Shown piece after piece: positions 1 through 9,334 of a stretch of DNA of 64,000 nt. The notes under the pieces were generated by a model. The model ran no database searches, was not told the DNA's origin, and saw only the letters and a list, made by a program, of their open reading frames with translations. A program made the translations under genes and the position numbers. Origin of the DNA: a virus (lineage: Duplodnaviria; Heunggongvirae; Uroviricota; Caudoviricetes); IMG/VR virus record IMGVR_UViG_3300020048_000019, positions 64,001 to 128,000 of that record; one strand, given 5' to 3'. How positions within the stretch are numbered: position 1 is the first letter of the stretch; each line of letters opens with the position of its first letter.

Positions 1-1690
1 GCGTACCGGTTGCACTAACAAAATATCCTGTGGTCTCGTTGGCCAACGTAGTACTTTGATGCCAAGTGGTGCCTAAAGTAGTACCAGTGTTGATCGTAAT
101 TCTTGGAAAGTTGGCATAATAAAATTGCTGCATTGTGCTTTCCAGCAGCGCTGGTTGCACTTGATTGATAATAACATCTGCAATTTCAGTTCGACTGGTC
201 CAAGAAAACAAAATGCTAGGAAGTATGTTTTGTTCCCACAACGCACCGTCGCTGCCAAATGAGTTTGTGCTGGAATATTTTCCAGTGTTGTCTACTAGGT
301 CCAGGTATCGACTTGTGCCAATACTTGCACGGTTTACTGCTTTGCTTTTTACAATGCTATTGTATTGTGTGTACGGGAACAGATTGTAATCTTCTCCGTT
401 GACCATGCGGTTTTGTGTGTAGTATCGAGCCGGAGCACGTTGTTTGATTGCCTCAATACTTTCACGAGCTTGTGAGTTACTAACTGGCTGTGTTATTCCG
501 CATGTGAATGTAATTGTTTCTAGATTACCTTCACGACTGATATAGCTGACAGGAATAATCACGCTTTGCATTTCTTCGGGATTGATAATGTATTGCAATC
601 CGTTTGATGCACGAACATAGCTGCGGAAAGTACCTACCGGAATCTCACTAAACACACCATCGCCAAACACCATGGTGATCTGATCATTAGTACGACTAGT
701 CACTGAATAGATAGGGCGCAAGGTTGTACCTAGTTGTTCTGCCGCTGCGGAATAGATGTTTTCGGTATATTCCCACTCACGAGTCACTGTGCCCACGTTA
801 TCCAACTGGAACAACCAACGGTCTTCGTTGTTAACGCCTTCGATGTTGATGTTAACAGTTCGATTGGCAATACGTTCAGCCAAGTTGAAGTCTTGATTTT
901 GCAACACCCCTTGCTTGAACATAAAAAAGTAACCAGTATTGGAACTTTGAAATCCCAAGCTGTCGTTACGGAATAACACATTAAACGGCGTATTGGGACG
1001 AGGGCTTGGTTCGTACAAATAATCTGCACCAGTGCTGGTACTAGTCACAGCTTCAAACGGCATAGAAACTCCGTCTACAGTGGCTGTGTACGGTACTATT
1101 GGTAAAAATCCTGGCACCATGTTTACAGCATATTCGTCAGTTCGAACCCCTAACAATGTATTACGATTGCCAGGGCGACCCACACGTTGAGTGTCCACTA
1201 GGCTGGCATTGATAATAGTTGTGAATTGTTCTTGCCAATCAGGGTTGGTAGTGTCGGCCCAGTTGATAACAATATTAGAGAGATTTACACCTTGATAATC
1301 AACAACATTCTCAGTAGTTTGTACTGAAAACACTTTGAGAAGGCCTTGCGCCGCTGTATTTCGTTTGGCAGTATAGCTAACAAGATTAGCAAGTCGTACC
1401 ACAGAATCACGACGTTCAGCGGTATCTAGATAATTTTCACGAGTGTTGAGATCTGTACGGAATGCAAGTGCTTGTCCCATGAACGCAATAACGTCCAAGA
1501 GAGCAATAAATTCTGACGACTCAATATAGTCGTTGAATGTTTCTGGGTAGTACAGACGAATATAGTCAACGAAACTCTTTCTTAAAGTTTCAAAATCATA
1601 ACTTTGGAAGTCGGCTTCGCGGTAAGTTTGGTAGATCTGTTTCCAGTCTTCTACACCAAATATTGCTGTTTGTCTTGTGGTTGTTGCCAT
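1..1690 (-). CDS. gp6: Baseplate wedge subunit, T4 gp6-like (partial, runs off the window start)
   Basis: Manual translation from ATG at 1690: MATTTRQTAIFGVEDWKQIYQTYREADFQSYDFETLRKSFVDYIRLYYPETFNDYIESSEFIALLDVIAFMGQALAFRTDLNTRENYLDTAERRDSVVRLANLVSYTAKRN, which matches the gp6 N-terminal pattern (DF..S...L.D..A......E.FL.TA..R.SV...A..L.Y). GAGG SD and ATAAATA lie upstream; it follows gp25. Confidence 0.9.
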   Translation of the reverse strand, partial: MATTTRQTAIFGVEDWKQIYQTYREADFQSYDFETLRKSFVDYIRLYYPETFNDYIESSEFIALLDVIAFMGQALAFRTDLNTRENYLDTAERRDSVVRLANLVSYTAKRNTAAQGLLKVFSVQTTENVVDYQGVNLSNIVINWADTTNPDWQEQFTTIINASLVDTQRVGRPGNRNTLLGVRTDEYAVNMVPGFLPIVPYTATVDGVSMPFEAVTSTSTGADYLYEPSPRPNTPFNVLFRNDSLGFQSSNTGYFFMFKQGVLQNQDFNLAERIANRTVNINIEGVNNEDRWLFQLDNVGTVTREWEYTENIYSAAAEQLGTTLRPIYSVTSRTNDQITMVFGDGVFSEIPVGTFRSYVRASNGLQYIINPEEMQSVIIPVSYISREGNLETITFTCGITQPVSNSQARESIEAIKQRAPARYYTQNRMVNGEDYNLFPYTQYNSIVKSKAVNRASIGTSRYLDLVDNTGKYSSTNSFGSDGALWEQNILPSILFSWTSRTEIADVIINQVQPALLESTMQQFYYANFPRITINTGTTLGTTWHQSTTLANETTGYFVSATGT

Positions 1691-1708
1691 TCTATGCGCC
1701 TCTTCTTT

Positions 1709-1715
1709 TATTTAT
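1709..1715 (-). promoter_or_regulatory. gp55-type late promoter (ATAAATA) for gp6
   Basis: ATAAATA on the minus strand in the gp25-gp6 gap, upstream of the SD. Confidence 0.6.
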
Positions 1716-1736
1716 CGAGACTAAAAACGGCTAGGT

Positions 1737-2114
1737 TTATACGAAGGATGCTGATCGAGTTTCTAGGTCAAAAAATACACTTAATCTTTCAGCATCAGTG
1801 CTGGCCACAATCTGTAACTGTAATTCTATTAGAATGCCGTTTCTCTGCGGATAGGCCTGGACATCTGAAATGTAGATTCTTGGGTCGCCGCCTGCTACTC
1901 TTTGTACTTCTTGTTCAATACTGCTTTGTAATTCTTCAACTTGATTTTCAAACAAGAAATCCCAAAGCACTGTGCCGTAGTCGGGGCGGCCAGGTAGTTG
2001 GCCTTGACGTATATTAAACGCATTTAAGAGATCACGTTTGACCAGTGCAAAGTCAGTAAGAGTAAACTTCTTGTACTGCCCTTGTGTATTGAACCCAATG
2101 AATTGTTGTACCAT
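1737..2114 (-). CDS. gp25: Baseplate wedge subunit gp25-like (GPW/gp25 family)
   Basis: 125 aa; LTDFALVKRDLLNAFNIRQGQLPGRPDYGTVLWDFLFE matches the gp25 L..L.T..GER...P.FG..L..LFE pattern; next to gp6. Confidence 0.9.
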   Translation of the reverse strand: MVQQFIGFNTQGQYKKFTLTDFALVKRDLLNAFNIRQGQLPGRPDYGTVLWDFLFENQVEELQSSIEQEVQRVAGGDPRIYISDVQAYPQRNGILIELQLQIVASTDAERLSVFFDLETRSASFV

Positions 2115-2119
2115 GATAA

Positions 2120-2126
2120 TATTTAT
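2120..2126 (-). promoter_or_regulatory. Late promoter (ATAAATA), 5 nt before the gp25 ATG
   Basis: ATAAATA-TTATC-ATG on the minus strand; overlaps the upstream TAA stop; no room for an SD. Confidence 0.7.
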
Positions 2127-3943
2127 GTTGGGGGCGGACCTTGAATATTGCTAGCAATTATGTTCATTCTGGACTTGGCTGTGGTTGAGAATGAAGCCAG
2201 TTGCTGAATGTAGTCTCGAGCAATTTGAATTGTTTTCTTGTAAGCAGTTTGTACTTGCGGTGATGCTCGTTCATATGACTCAAACAATGGTGCTATAATA
2301 GTAGTACGACTGTCATTGTATATGTAACGTGCTGCGGTCAGCTCATCCCATACTGCGTTCCATTGGGCTTGAGTAACAACTTGCTGGGCTGCAAGTGCAT
2401 CAATCTTTTTATCAACCACGCCAAATGCTGCGGTCACTTTGTCGCCAAGGTCTGCAAACGCATCAACTTTGGCCTTGATTTCAGCTCCTTGCGCCGCTGT
2501 ATCAGGCGGAGTAGGTGGGCCATAGTTGGGTTCGGGAACTTTGTCGTTGCCTACCACACGATTGCTGGCTGCGTTCACTGTGTCACGATTTACTGTGTTG
2601 CTTTTGGGTTCAGGTGTTTCAACTTCTTTAAAGGCTGGGGGGATTTTAGCATCAGTCAGCGCCACAGCAAATGCCCCATCGCGTACATTGGTTTGAAACG
2701 CTGCTTTTACTGCGCCAGTTGGATCGTTGGGAATTGTTGCTCCTTTAAGAAACGCTTCTGTACCCGGTACACTCTTGGCTGCATTTAATGCAATTCCAGC
2801 AATGCCCTGTGGTCCAAGCTTGTCTACTGGAATACCAATTGCTGCCATGTCCTTGATTCCCGAAGCCATGAGACCCTGCTGTAATGCTGCCTGGGTTGCT
2901 GGACTGTTCAACAGTGTTTGTATATTTTTGATACCATCTTTACCGGTAAATGCTGCAGGACTTTTAAGCACGTCTGTTAGGGCTGCGCCTGTGCTGTTGG
3001 CTAGTGCAGCCATACCTGGTTTAACAATGCCAGCTTTTTCCAACTGGTTGATATCAAGCCCAAACTCGCCTACACCTTTTGCATCAGACATGATGCTGGC
3101 GCCCTGCCCCACAGATTGTTTGGCTTGAGCTAGTACTCCAGTAACTTCACTTTGTGTCATACTAGCAATACCTGTTAACGCAGTAGGCGCTTTGCAAAAT
3201 CCAGTAATATCAATGGGATTGGTAACTGGCGTAGAAAGATTTTTGTTTATTGTGCCAATTGCAGTAGTTGCTAAACTACCAACAGATGCTGATGTTCCTA
3301 CCAGGGCTTTGCCAGCTGCAAGAGCCTGATTGGCTACACTAGATACTGCACCTGTTATACTACCGATTGCCGGCCCCACGATTCCAGTTATACCTGCTGC
3401 AATTCCTGCAACACTGCCGCCCAAGGCTCCCCCAGCAGCACCAATTGCTTTTGATATAGACCCAATTGCAGATGTTGCACCCGGAATGCTGCCTAATGCT
3501 CCAGTTACGCCTGACTGGGCTTGTGCTAACAATGCTTGTGCTTCTGGTAAACCTTGTGCAGCCTGCGTGGCTGCACTAAGAACTTCGCCGGGCTTGAAGC
3601 CTACTAGGCCGCCAGTTTTAACTTGTTGATCAAAAATAGCCTTGGCCTGTTCAGCCGTCATTCCTGGCGGACCTTTGATTTCAAAAGTCTGCGCAGTACC
3701 TGATGCACTAGGCGGTGCAGTGGGCGCTTCTTGTGGTGGGCGTGGTGATCCAATCTCGGCAAGACCAGGTAGTCCTCGACGAATACGCTCACTGTTTATT
3801 CTATCCCAGACAATGTAATCATCGCCACTGTAAGTTAGTTGGTTGTCGGGCGTGCCAGCGTACAAACCTTGATTGGCTGATTTTCCAGCTGCGCTAGCAG
3901 TGTCAGTTACTGCACCTGGTAAATTAAAAGTAAATGTTCCCAT
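2123..3943 (-). CDS. Putative virion/baseplate-associated protein of unknown function (Ala/Gly-rich)
   Basis: 606-aa ORF in frame between the gp5-like and gp25 genes with 1-8 nt gaps; no recognisable family. Confidence 0.6.
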   Translation of the reverse strand: MGTFTFNLPGAVTDTASAAGKSANQGLYAGTPDNQLTYSGDDYIVWDRINSERIRRGLPGLAEIGSPRPPQEAPTAPPSASGTAQTFEIKGPPGMTAEQAKAIFDQQVKTGGLVGFKPGEVLSAATQAAQGLPEAQALLAQAQSGVTGALGSIPGATSAIGSISKAIGAAGGALGGSVAGIAAGITGIVGPAIGSITGAVSSVANQALAAGKALVGTSASVGSLATTAIGTINKNLSTPVTNPIDITGFCKAPTALTGIASMTQSEVTGVLAQAKQSVGQGASIMSDAKGVGEFGLDINQLEKAGIVKPGMAALANSTGAALTDVLKSPAAFTGKDGIKNIQTLLNSPATQAALQQGLMASGIKDMAAIGIPVDKLGPQGIAGIALNAAKSVPGTEAFLKGATIPNDPTGAVKAAFQTNVRDGAFAVALTDAKIPPAFKEVETPEPKSNTVNRDTVNAASNRVVGNDKVPEPNYGPPTPPDTAAQGAEIKAKVDAFADLGDKVTAAFGVVDKKIDALAAQQVVTQAQWNAVWDELTAARYIYNDSRTTIIAPLFESYERASPQVQTAYKKTIQIARDYIQQLASFSTTAKSRMNIIASNIQGPPPT

Positions 3944-3944
3944 G

Positions 3945-5456
3945 TTATTTCGCCTGGATTTCTACACCAGGTGGCACAGGTACTGCACCAGGTGGAGGAC
4001 TTGGGGGGCCTTGTTCAAACGACACAATTGAATCTACACCTTTGTTGTGATATGGATAAGGCTCGTGCGTAGGCGCGCGACTCACAATACTTTCTAATCC
4101 ACCTGTGGTTACTTTCCAACCAGTACTGCTACTAAAACTCGTGTCATCCATGGTAGTTTTAGTAATAGGATTAGGAACTGACACAACATCTGCTGCGGGG
4201 CCGTTGAGATCTAGGCCACCTGCTTTGAGCCGCAGTGCCTCGCCTGCGCCCCATGAGCCGCCATTGCTGTTAAGTGTCAACGTACCATCTGCCTTGATTC
4301 CAATCTTGGCTTTGCTATACAATGTAATGCCAGTTTGAGTGTCAATGACTAGGCCTTTTGTGCTTTCAATTTGCATATCGTCTTTGCTTTTTAGATTGAC
4401 ATTTCGGCCAGCATACATGTTGAGGTCACGGTCTGCATGCAAATTAATATCTCCGCTGCTACGAAGATTAATAGAATTTGTACTGAACACATCTACTGTA
4501 CCTTCAACACCAAATTCTAACCAGGTTTGACCATTGGCATGAATAATATAAAAGAAGTTGCCCGAGTCACTCATGGTGATCTGATGACCCTTGGTAGTTC
4601 GTAAACGCACTAGTGCGTTGTCACCTTCAAGATCTCCGTCATCCATGACAAAACTGTGTCCGCCTACTCGTCCAATAACTTGTGCGTCATTGGGCTTGAT
4701 ACTACCTTCACTAAGTTTCTTACGAATGTCGTTGGGCTTTATACCGCCTTGATAAATCGGAATACCCGGGGTGTTAATACCAAAAACTGTGCTGGGTGTT
4801 TCACGCTGCGAGCTACTGCGAATTGTACCACGCTCAAGATCCTCAATAACGCCTTGTTGAAACAGGCCTTGTGCAAGATAACCATGCACTGGTTTGACAG
4901 ATTCAAAATAACGAGGATCATTGAACACTCCTTCATTATTGGTGTTGATTTCAGTAGTAGGCAGTCGCGTTGCTTTGCCAAGATAACCTTCTTGGCTTTT
5001 GTTGCCCATCTCAAAGCGAGTGCTAGATGGAATTGCTGGCACCATGTTGCCCAAGCCTTGCTCGGGGATAGAACCAATATAAAATCCTTGACTACGATCA
5101 CCGTTGACAAAAATACAAACCACCGTACCGCCAACGTCGGGCGGAGTAAACCACATGCCGTAGCTGGTTTGGTTACCCGGGAATGTTCCGTTACCATCAG
5201 TGCCACTTTGCGGAGTAGGGCTTGCTCCAAAGAATGGACTCATATAGCTCACTGTGGTCCACTTTGAATCATCTTGCATGGCTTCGGGGCCGCCGTCAGC
5301 AAATGCTTCAATATACACTCGTAGGCGACCCGACCGAGTTGGGTCAACTGCGCTCATGACAATACCAGTAAACGGACCAAACTCAGCAGGCGTGCCGCCG
5401 CGATCCATTTTGTAATTGCTCGGGCGACCTTTACTTCGTTGTGTACTCTCTGACAT
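3945..5456 (-). CDS. gp5: Baseplate central spike/hub, T4 gp5/VgrG-like (OB-fold plus beta-helix, no lysozyme domain)
   Basis: G.V....DP.RSGRLRVYI, YGMWFTPPDVG..V.C.F..G....G.YIG (gp5 OB-fold), GHSFVMDD..., RLRTTKGHQITMSD, then G.I..H.D.D.N..AG.N.N beta-helix repeats. Confidence 0.85.
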   Translation of the reverse strand: MSESTQRSKGRPSNYKMDRGGTPAEFGPFTGIVMSAVDPTRSGRLRVYIEAFADGGPEAMQDDSKWTTVSYMSPFFGASPTPQSGTDGNGTFPGNQTSYGMWFTPPDVGGTVVCIFVNGDRSQGFYIGSIPEQGLGNMVPAIPSSTRFEMGNKSQEGYLGKATRLPTTEINTNNEGVFNDPRYFESVKPVHGYLAQGLFQQGVIEDLERGTIRSSSQRETPSTVFGINTPGIPIYQGGIKPNDIRKKLSEGSIKPNDAQVIGRVGGHSFVMDDGDLEGDNALVRLRTTKGHQITMSDSGNFFYIIHANGQTWLEFGVEGTVDVFSTNSINLRSSGDINLHADRDLNMYAGRNVNLKSKDDMQIESTKGLVIDTQTGITLYSKAKIGIKADGTLTLNSNGGSWGAGEALRLKAGGLDLNGPAADVVSVPNPITKTTMDDTSFSSSTGWKVTTGGLESIVSRAPTHEPYPYHNKGVDSIVSFEQGPPSPPPGAVPVPPGVEIQAK

Positions 5457-5464
5457 TTATATCC

Positions 5465-8400
5465 TTAATAGTCCGTAGCAATCGGTTGATTGCTAGGTAT
5501 ACTGCTACTTACCGGCGAACCATCAGCCGCAGAACCTTGTTGATTGCTTGCACCTGTTGCTTGTTGGGCAACCGCCCGACGCTGTTGTTCTGTAAGGGTG
5601 TTCTGGCCTGCGCCAGCGGCTGGCATTTTTGGTGGGGCCGTGGTGACATTTTCTGTAACCGTGCTCACGGTACCTACTGAACCGCTATTGGAGCCTGATG
5701 AGGCTGGCCGCGGAGTACCTGCCGGCCGCAAAGTCTGGGTACTATTCAGCTGTTGCTGCAGACCACGAGCATACGAACTTGTAGGGACAGAACCAGTTAC
5801 ATTGGTTAGACCCTGTGCACGTTGCGCTGTTTGCTGCGCTCCTTGTATAGCTGCTAGGCCGCCGTCTGGCGAATCTCGTCTTCTAGGATCTCGTGCTGCA
5901 AAATCTGCGCGAGCTTGTTGTGCTTGTTTGTCAGTTAGGCCACTGCTGCGCCCTTTGGCTTTTTCGTTCGCCAGGCGCAGGCGGTTGGTTTCTGCAGAAC
6001 TTTGGTCTTCTTTGCCCGCAGCATTTGCAGCAGTGGTTTTTCCTGGAATTTCGTACTGCTTAAGAACGCCAGTTAGCGTCTGTTCAAATCTTCCTTGGCG
6101 GAATTCACTAACACAAGTCTTGGCCTGGAATACTCGACTTTGTATGCCTTTTCGCTTGCCTTGTATTTGACTCTTGCTAAAAGGATCTGCCAGACCAGTT
6201 GCTATATCGTAATCTTGCGGGCGCTGCCAAATCATTTCAAACATCACATCTGATGTATTAAAAGAAATACCCCCGTCGGATTGAAAGCCCGACTCTTGAA
6301 TTAGTTGTAACTCTTGCGGATTTGACAGATTAACAAATTCGTTACCTTGCGGAATCCATGACGGATCTCCGACAAGTTTTACCTTGACCTCGGTTATATC
6401 GCCTGGTGAATACAATACTTCGGCTGCATTTGCATTTGCTTCAAATTCTTTGCCATCGGCGCCTTGGCTACTTTGATTGCTGCGTGGAGAATACATGTAT
6501 TTGAGAATTTCACTTGCGTCACTAGTATATGCGTCTCTGATCTGTTTTGCTGCACTATTTTTTGGATCGCCACCGTTGACTGTGATATGGTACAAGGTAT
6601 TCATTGATTCTTGATAATCTATTACAGCAGTATTTTCCCCAGTGAACCAGAATGGATAACTTTTGTGTACACCGCCAAAGTCGCCGCGGGGGAAGTACCG
6701 ACTCAAAAAGTTTTGCACCACAAATGGTCGCACCACATAGGTAATATTATATGCAAAGTCGTTTCTCAAAGGGTCTTGCGTACCTGTGGGCTCAGCTTCC
6801 ATGGTTACTATGTACCACTTCATTTTTTTGTTTTTGTTTTCGGGACGAGGTTCGTACGAGCCGTCAGCATTGAGCGTTACTACGCTTTGTCCAGATATGT
6901 AACTACTGTTTCGTATTACGAGATCAATAGCTTGCAGCATTTGCATACCAGCAGTGATACTAAAACTTCGAGAGACATTATTTACTGCATTTTTTGATGG
7001 ATCTAGGGCCGTGCCGCCGGCTTGTGCAGTAGACGGTCCGCTGGCTGTTTTTGTTTTGTCTACTCTGGTATTAGGTAACTGAAGCTTTGCCCCGCTAATC
7101 GCTGTACCTGGTGTGCCATCAACACCATCTTCGTATCTGATACTGTACTTGTCAGGATAAGTGTATATTCCTTGTTTGACTAGCTCGGCTTGAAAATTAT
7201 TCATTGCAGCACACAAACCTGCTGTGATTGCGGTAGAGCTATATGCCGATGGTGCAGCATCTACTTTGGCAGGTGCTTTGGATTTTGCGGCGGCCGCATT
7301 TTGGTTGGCTAATCGATTTGTCTCAGCAGCACTTTGATTTGTTCCTTGAAGCAACAAAGGCCGTGCCAATGCCGCGCCAGCGCTTGTGTTAGCAAAGTTT
7401 GCAGCCGGTCCCCTGTTTCCTTGACGAGCTCGAAGTGCTGCGTCGGCTCGGTCATAGCTGCCGTCGTTGCTGTTGACTTCTGCACCAGCAAATGCTAAAT
7501 TGTCGCCCAGCAAGCCCCCCACTGACGAATCAGCCAACTGAACATCGTACGGAATTGTACCACGGCCAGTGTATCCACCGATCAGCAGATCTACCGGAGC
7601 ACAGTCCCACTCATAAGACACCATTTTGCTGCCCACACTCCAGTTGAGGTTCTTGATTCCAAATGGTATAAACTTTTCAATCACTGCTGTGGGGTCTGTT
7701 CGATTGCCGGATTGATCAGTTATACTGCCCTTGATTGGATCAACTAATACACCATTTTCATCATAGCCGTGAAATCTGATTGCCATGAGATACTGTGCCG
7801 CAGTATAGTTGACGGTTCCTTCGTAGCCTTTAGGAGCAGCATTGAATGCAGCTTCCCTTAAACAATCAATCAAGGTAATCCCGTTAGGCTCAATTACAGT
7901 AAACTTGAGCTCTGTAGTAATATGACTTGATCCGGAACCTTTACCCATCAAGGCTGCGTTCAATGTAATACTGTCAATATAAAAATCATTAGGGAAGAAA
8001 GGGTTACGGCCGTCTTCGGGGCCTGTTTGTTGTGGTGGTGCTGCGGCCTGCCCGCCGTTTTTGTCAGGAGCTGTGGGCGCTGCTGGAGCAGGGGCGCGGG
8101 CTCCAAATGCATTTGCTGGGGCGCCGCCTGACTGAAATAACAATTGATAACCGTCAATGCGTTTGTTCTTGGTTCTAAGCAATCTTTTGTACTGGTCAGA
8201 TGTCAGCAAATACACTGCTGCAGAATACGTGTAGCTGGCAAATTGGTCTAGAACATTGGACTGAGTTATCACTTTAAAAGTTGCAGGTTCAGTTGCGTTG
8301 ACTGTGGCCTGAGTATTGGTTGTATTTTTAAGGGCACTGTCATCTTTTGCAGATTGCCCAGCTTGTATTGATGCAGAAGGCGGAGCAGGTTCAGCTGCTG

Positions 8401-9031
8401 CTGTTTCAACAGCAGAGGTAGTGGGTGGTGGCGGTTCTTTTACTGCCTGCCCAGTGTTGCTTTCCGTATTGACTGCTTGCGTTTGTTCTCCTGTTTTCAC
8501 AGGAGCATCAGTGCCAGTTGTTTCGCCCGAACTGCCTGGTTGCTCAACTGGGATCTTATCTGCATTGGTTGCCGGTGCAGTTTCGGGTCGAGTGGTCACA
8601 CGGCCGTTGGCGCTGACTTCCTGTGAGGGAGTTGCATTGGGGCCTTTTGGCGCATCATCTTGAGCAGTTTGGCTTGCAGTTTGAGGAGGTTCTGGTTGTG
8701 GCGGCGGTGCTTCGTTGGCTTTTATGCCTGATGCTGTTTGCTGTGCCGCTGTCGGCGGAACACTACTTAAAAAGCTATTTCCTGTTACAGGATTTGTATA
8801 TCGGTACAGCCCAGTATTGGGATCTTGGCCTTCATATGTACCAGTTGTTGGGCTTTGATTAGAAGCTACTGCTAGTTCTCTTCTCAGTTCTGCCAGTCTG
8901 GTTCTAAGTTGCTCGCGTTTAGTGCCTAGCTCCTGATCATTGCCGCCAGATGCTCGGAACGCTGCTTGAACTGCATTAAATTCCGCTGATAATTTTTCAA
9001 TCTCTGCTTGGATTTCTGCTACGGTAGCCAT
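5465..9031 (-). CDS. Large baseplate hub protein (gp27/Mu gp44-like position) with low-complexity termini
   Basis: 1188 aa between gp53 and gp5; globular core NVLDQFASYTY...DFYIDSI...ELKFTVIEPNGITL...F.QTL.G; P/A/T/Q-rich ends. Assignment rests mainly on synteny. Confidence 0.55.
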   Translation of the reverse strand: MATVAEIQAEIEKLSAEFNAVQAAFRASGGNDQELGTKREQLRTRLAELRRELAVASNQSPTTGTYEGQDPNTGLYRYTNPVTGNSFLSSVPPTAAQQTASGIKANEAPPPQPEPPQTASQTAQDDAPKGPNATPSQEVSANGRVTTRPETAPATNADKIPVEQPGSSGETTGTDAPVKTGEQTQAVNTESNTGQAVKEPPPPTTSAVETAAAEPAPPSASIQAGQSAKDDSALKNTTNTQATVNATEPATFKVITQSNVLDQFASYTYSAAVYLLTSDQYKRLLRTKNKRIDGYQLLFQSGGAPANAFGARAPAPAAPTAPDKNGGQAAAPPQQTGPEDGRNPFFPNDFYIDSITLNAALMGKGSGSSHITTELKFTVIEPNGITLIDCLREAAFNAAPKGYEGTVNYTAAQYLMAIRFHGYDENGVLVDPIKGSITDQSGNRTDPTAVIEKFIPFGIKNLNWSVGSKMVSYEWDCAPVDLLIGGYTGRGTIPYDVQLADSSVGGLLGDNLAFAGAEVNSNDGSYDRADAALRARQGNRGPAANFANTSAGAALARPLLLQGTNQSAAETNRLANQNAAAAKSKAPAKVDAAPSAYSSTAITAGLCAAMNNFQAELVKQGIYTYPDKYSIRYEDGVDGTPGTAISGAKLQLPNTRVDKTKTASGPSTAQAGGTALDPSKNAVNNVSRSFSITAGMQMLQAIDLVIRNSSYISGQSVVTLNADGSYEPRPENKNKKMKWYIVTMEAEPTGTQDPLRNDFAYNITYVVRPFVVQNFLSRYFPRGDFGGVHKSYPFWFTGENTAVIDYQESMNTLYHITVNGGDPKNSAAKQIRDAYTSDASEILKYMYSPRSNQSSQGADGKEFEANANAAEVLYSPGDITEVKVKLVGDPSWIPQGNEFVNLSNPQELQLIQESGFQSDGGISFNTSDVMFEMIWQRPQDYDIATGLADPFSKSQIQGKRKGIQSRVFQAKTCVSEFRQGRFEQTLTGVLKQYEIPGKTTAANAAGKEDQSSAETNRLRLANEKAKGRSSGLTDKQAQQARADFAARDPRRRDSPDGGLAAIQGAQQTAQRAQGLTNVTGSVPTSSYARGLQQQLNSTQTLRPAGTPRPASSGSNSGSVGTVSTVTENVTTAPPKMPAAGAGQNTLTEQQRRAVAQQATGASNQQGSAADGSPVSSSIPSNQPIATDY

Positions 9032-9034
9032 ATA

Positions 9035-9334
9035 TTAAAATCCCAACACTGTTTTAAGAGTAGGTCCTTTGGGCAGAAATATGTTTACTCCAACATCAAA
9101 GTCCAAGGGCGGTGCTTGTAATGTGTTGGGGTTGCGTTGATAAAACACCCACCACAGCGACGGTGTTCCATAAAGATCATAGGCCAGCAAGTCAGGCCTG
9201 TATCGATAAGTCAAGTTGATAGTAAATTGCAAATCATCATTCTCTTTGGGGATGGCGCGATTGACCATAGCATCAAGAAAAAACTGACTGTAGCCGGTTT
9301 CAAAGTATGGGCTTGTTGCCCCGTATTGTGCCAT
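9035..9334 (-). CDS. gp53: Baseplate wedge protein gp53-like (LysM-like fold)
   Basis: YRYRPDLLAYDLYGTPSLWWVFYQRNP is the gp53 signature. Start placed at the ATG overlapping the upstream stop (TAATG); the track's 9340 start is TTG. Confidence 0.85.
   Translation of the reverse strand: MAQYGATSPYFETGYSQFFLDAMVNRAIPKENDDLQFTINLTYRYRPDLLAYDLYGTPSLWWVFYQRNPNTLQAPPLDFDVGVNIFLPKGPTLKTVLGF

Noticed and set aside
7290-7320. Short motif NQSAAETNRL repeated as DQSSAETNRL (~5980-6005) in the hub protein
   Set aside because: Only about 10 aa within low-complexity linkers; too little to infer function.
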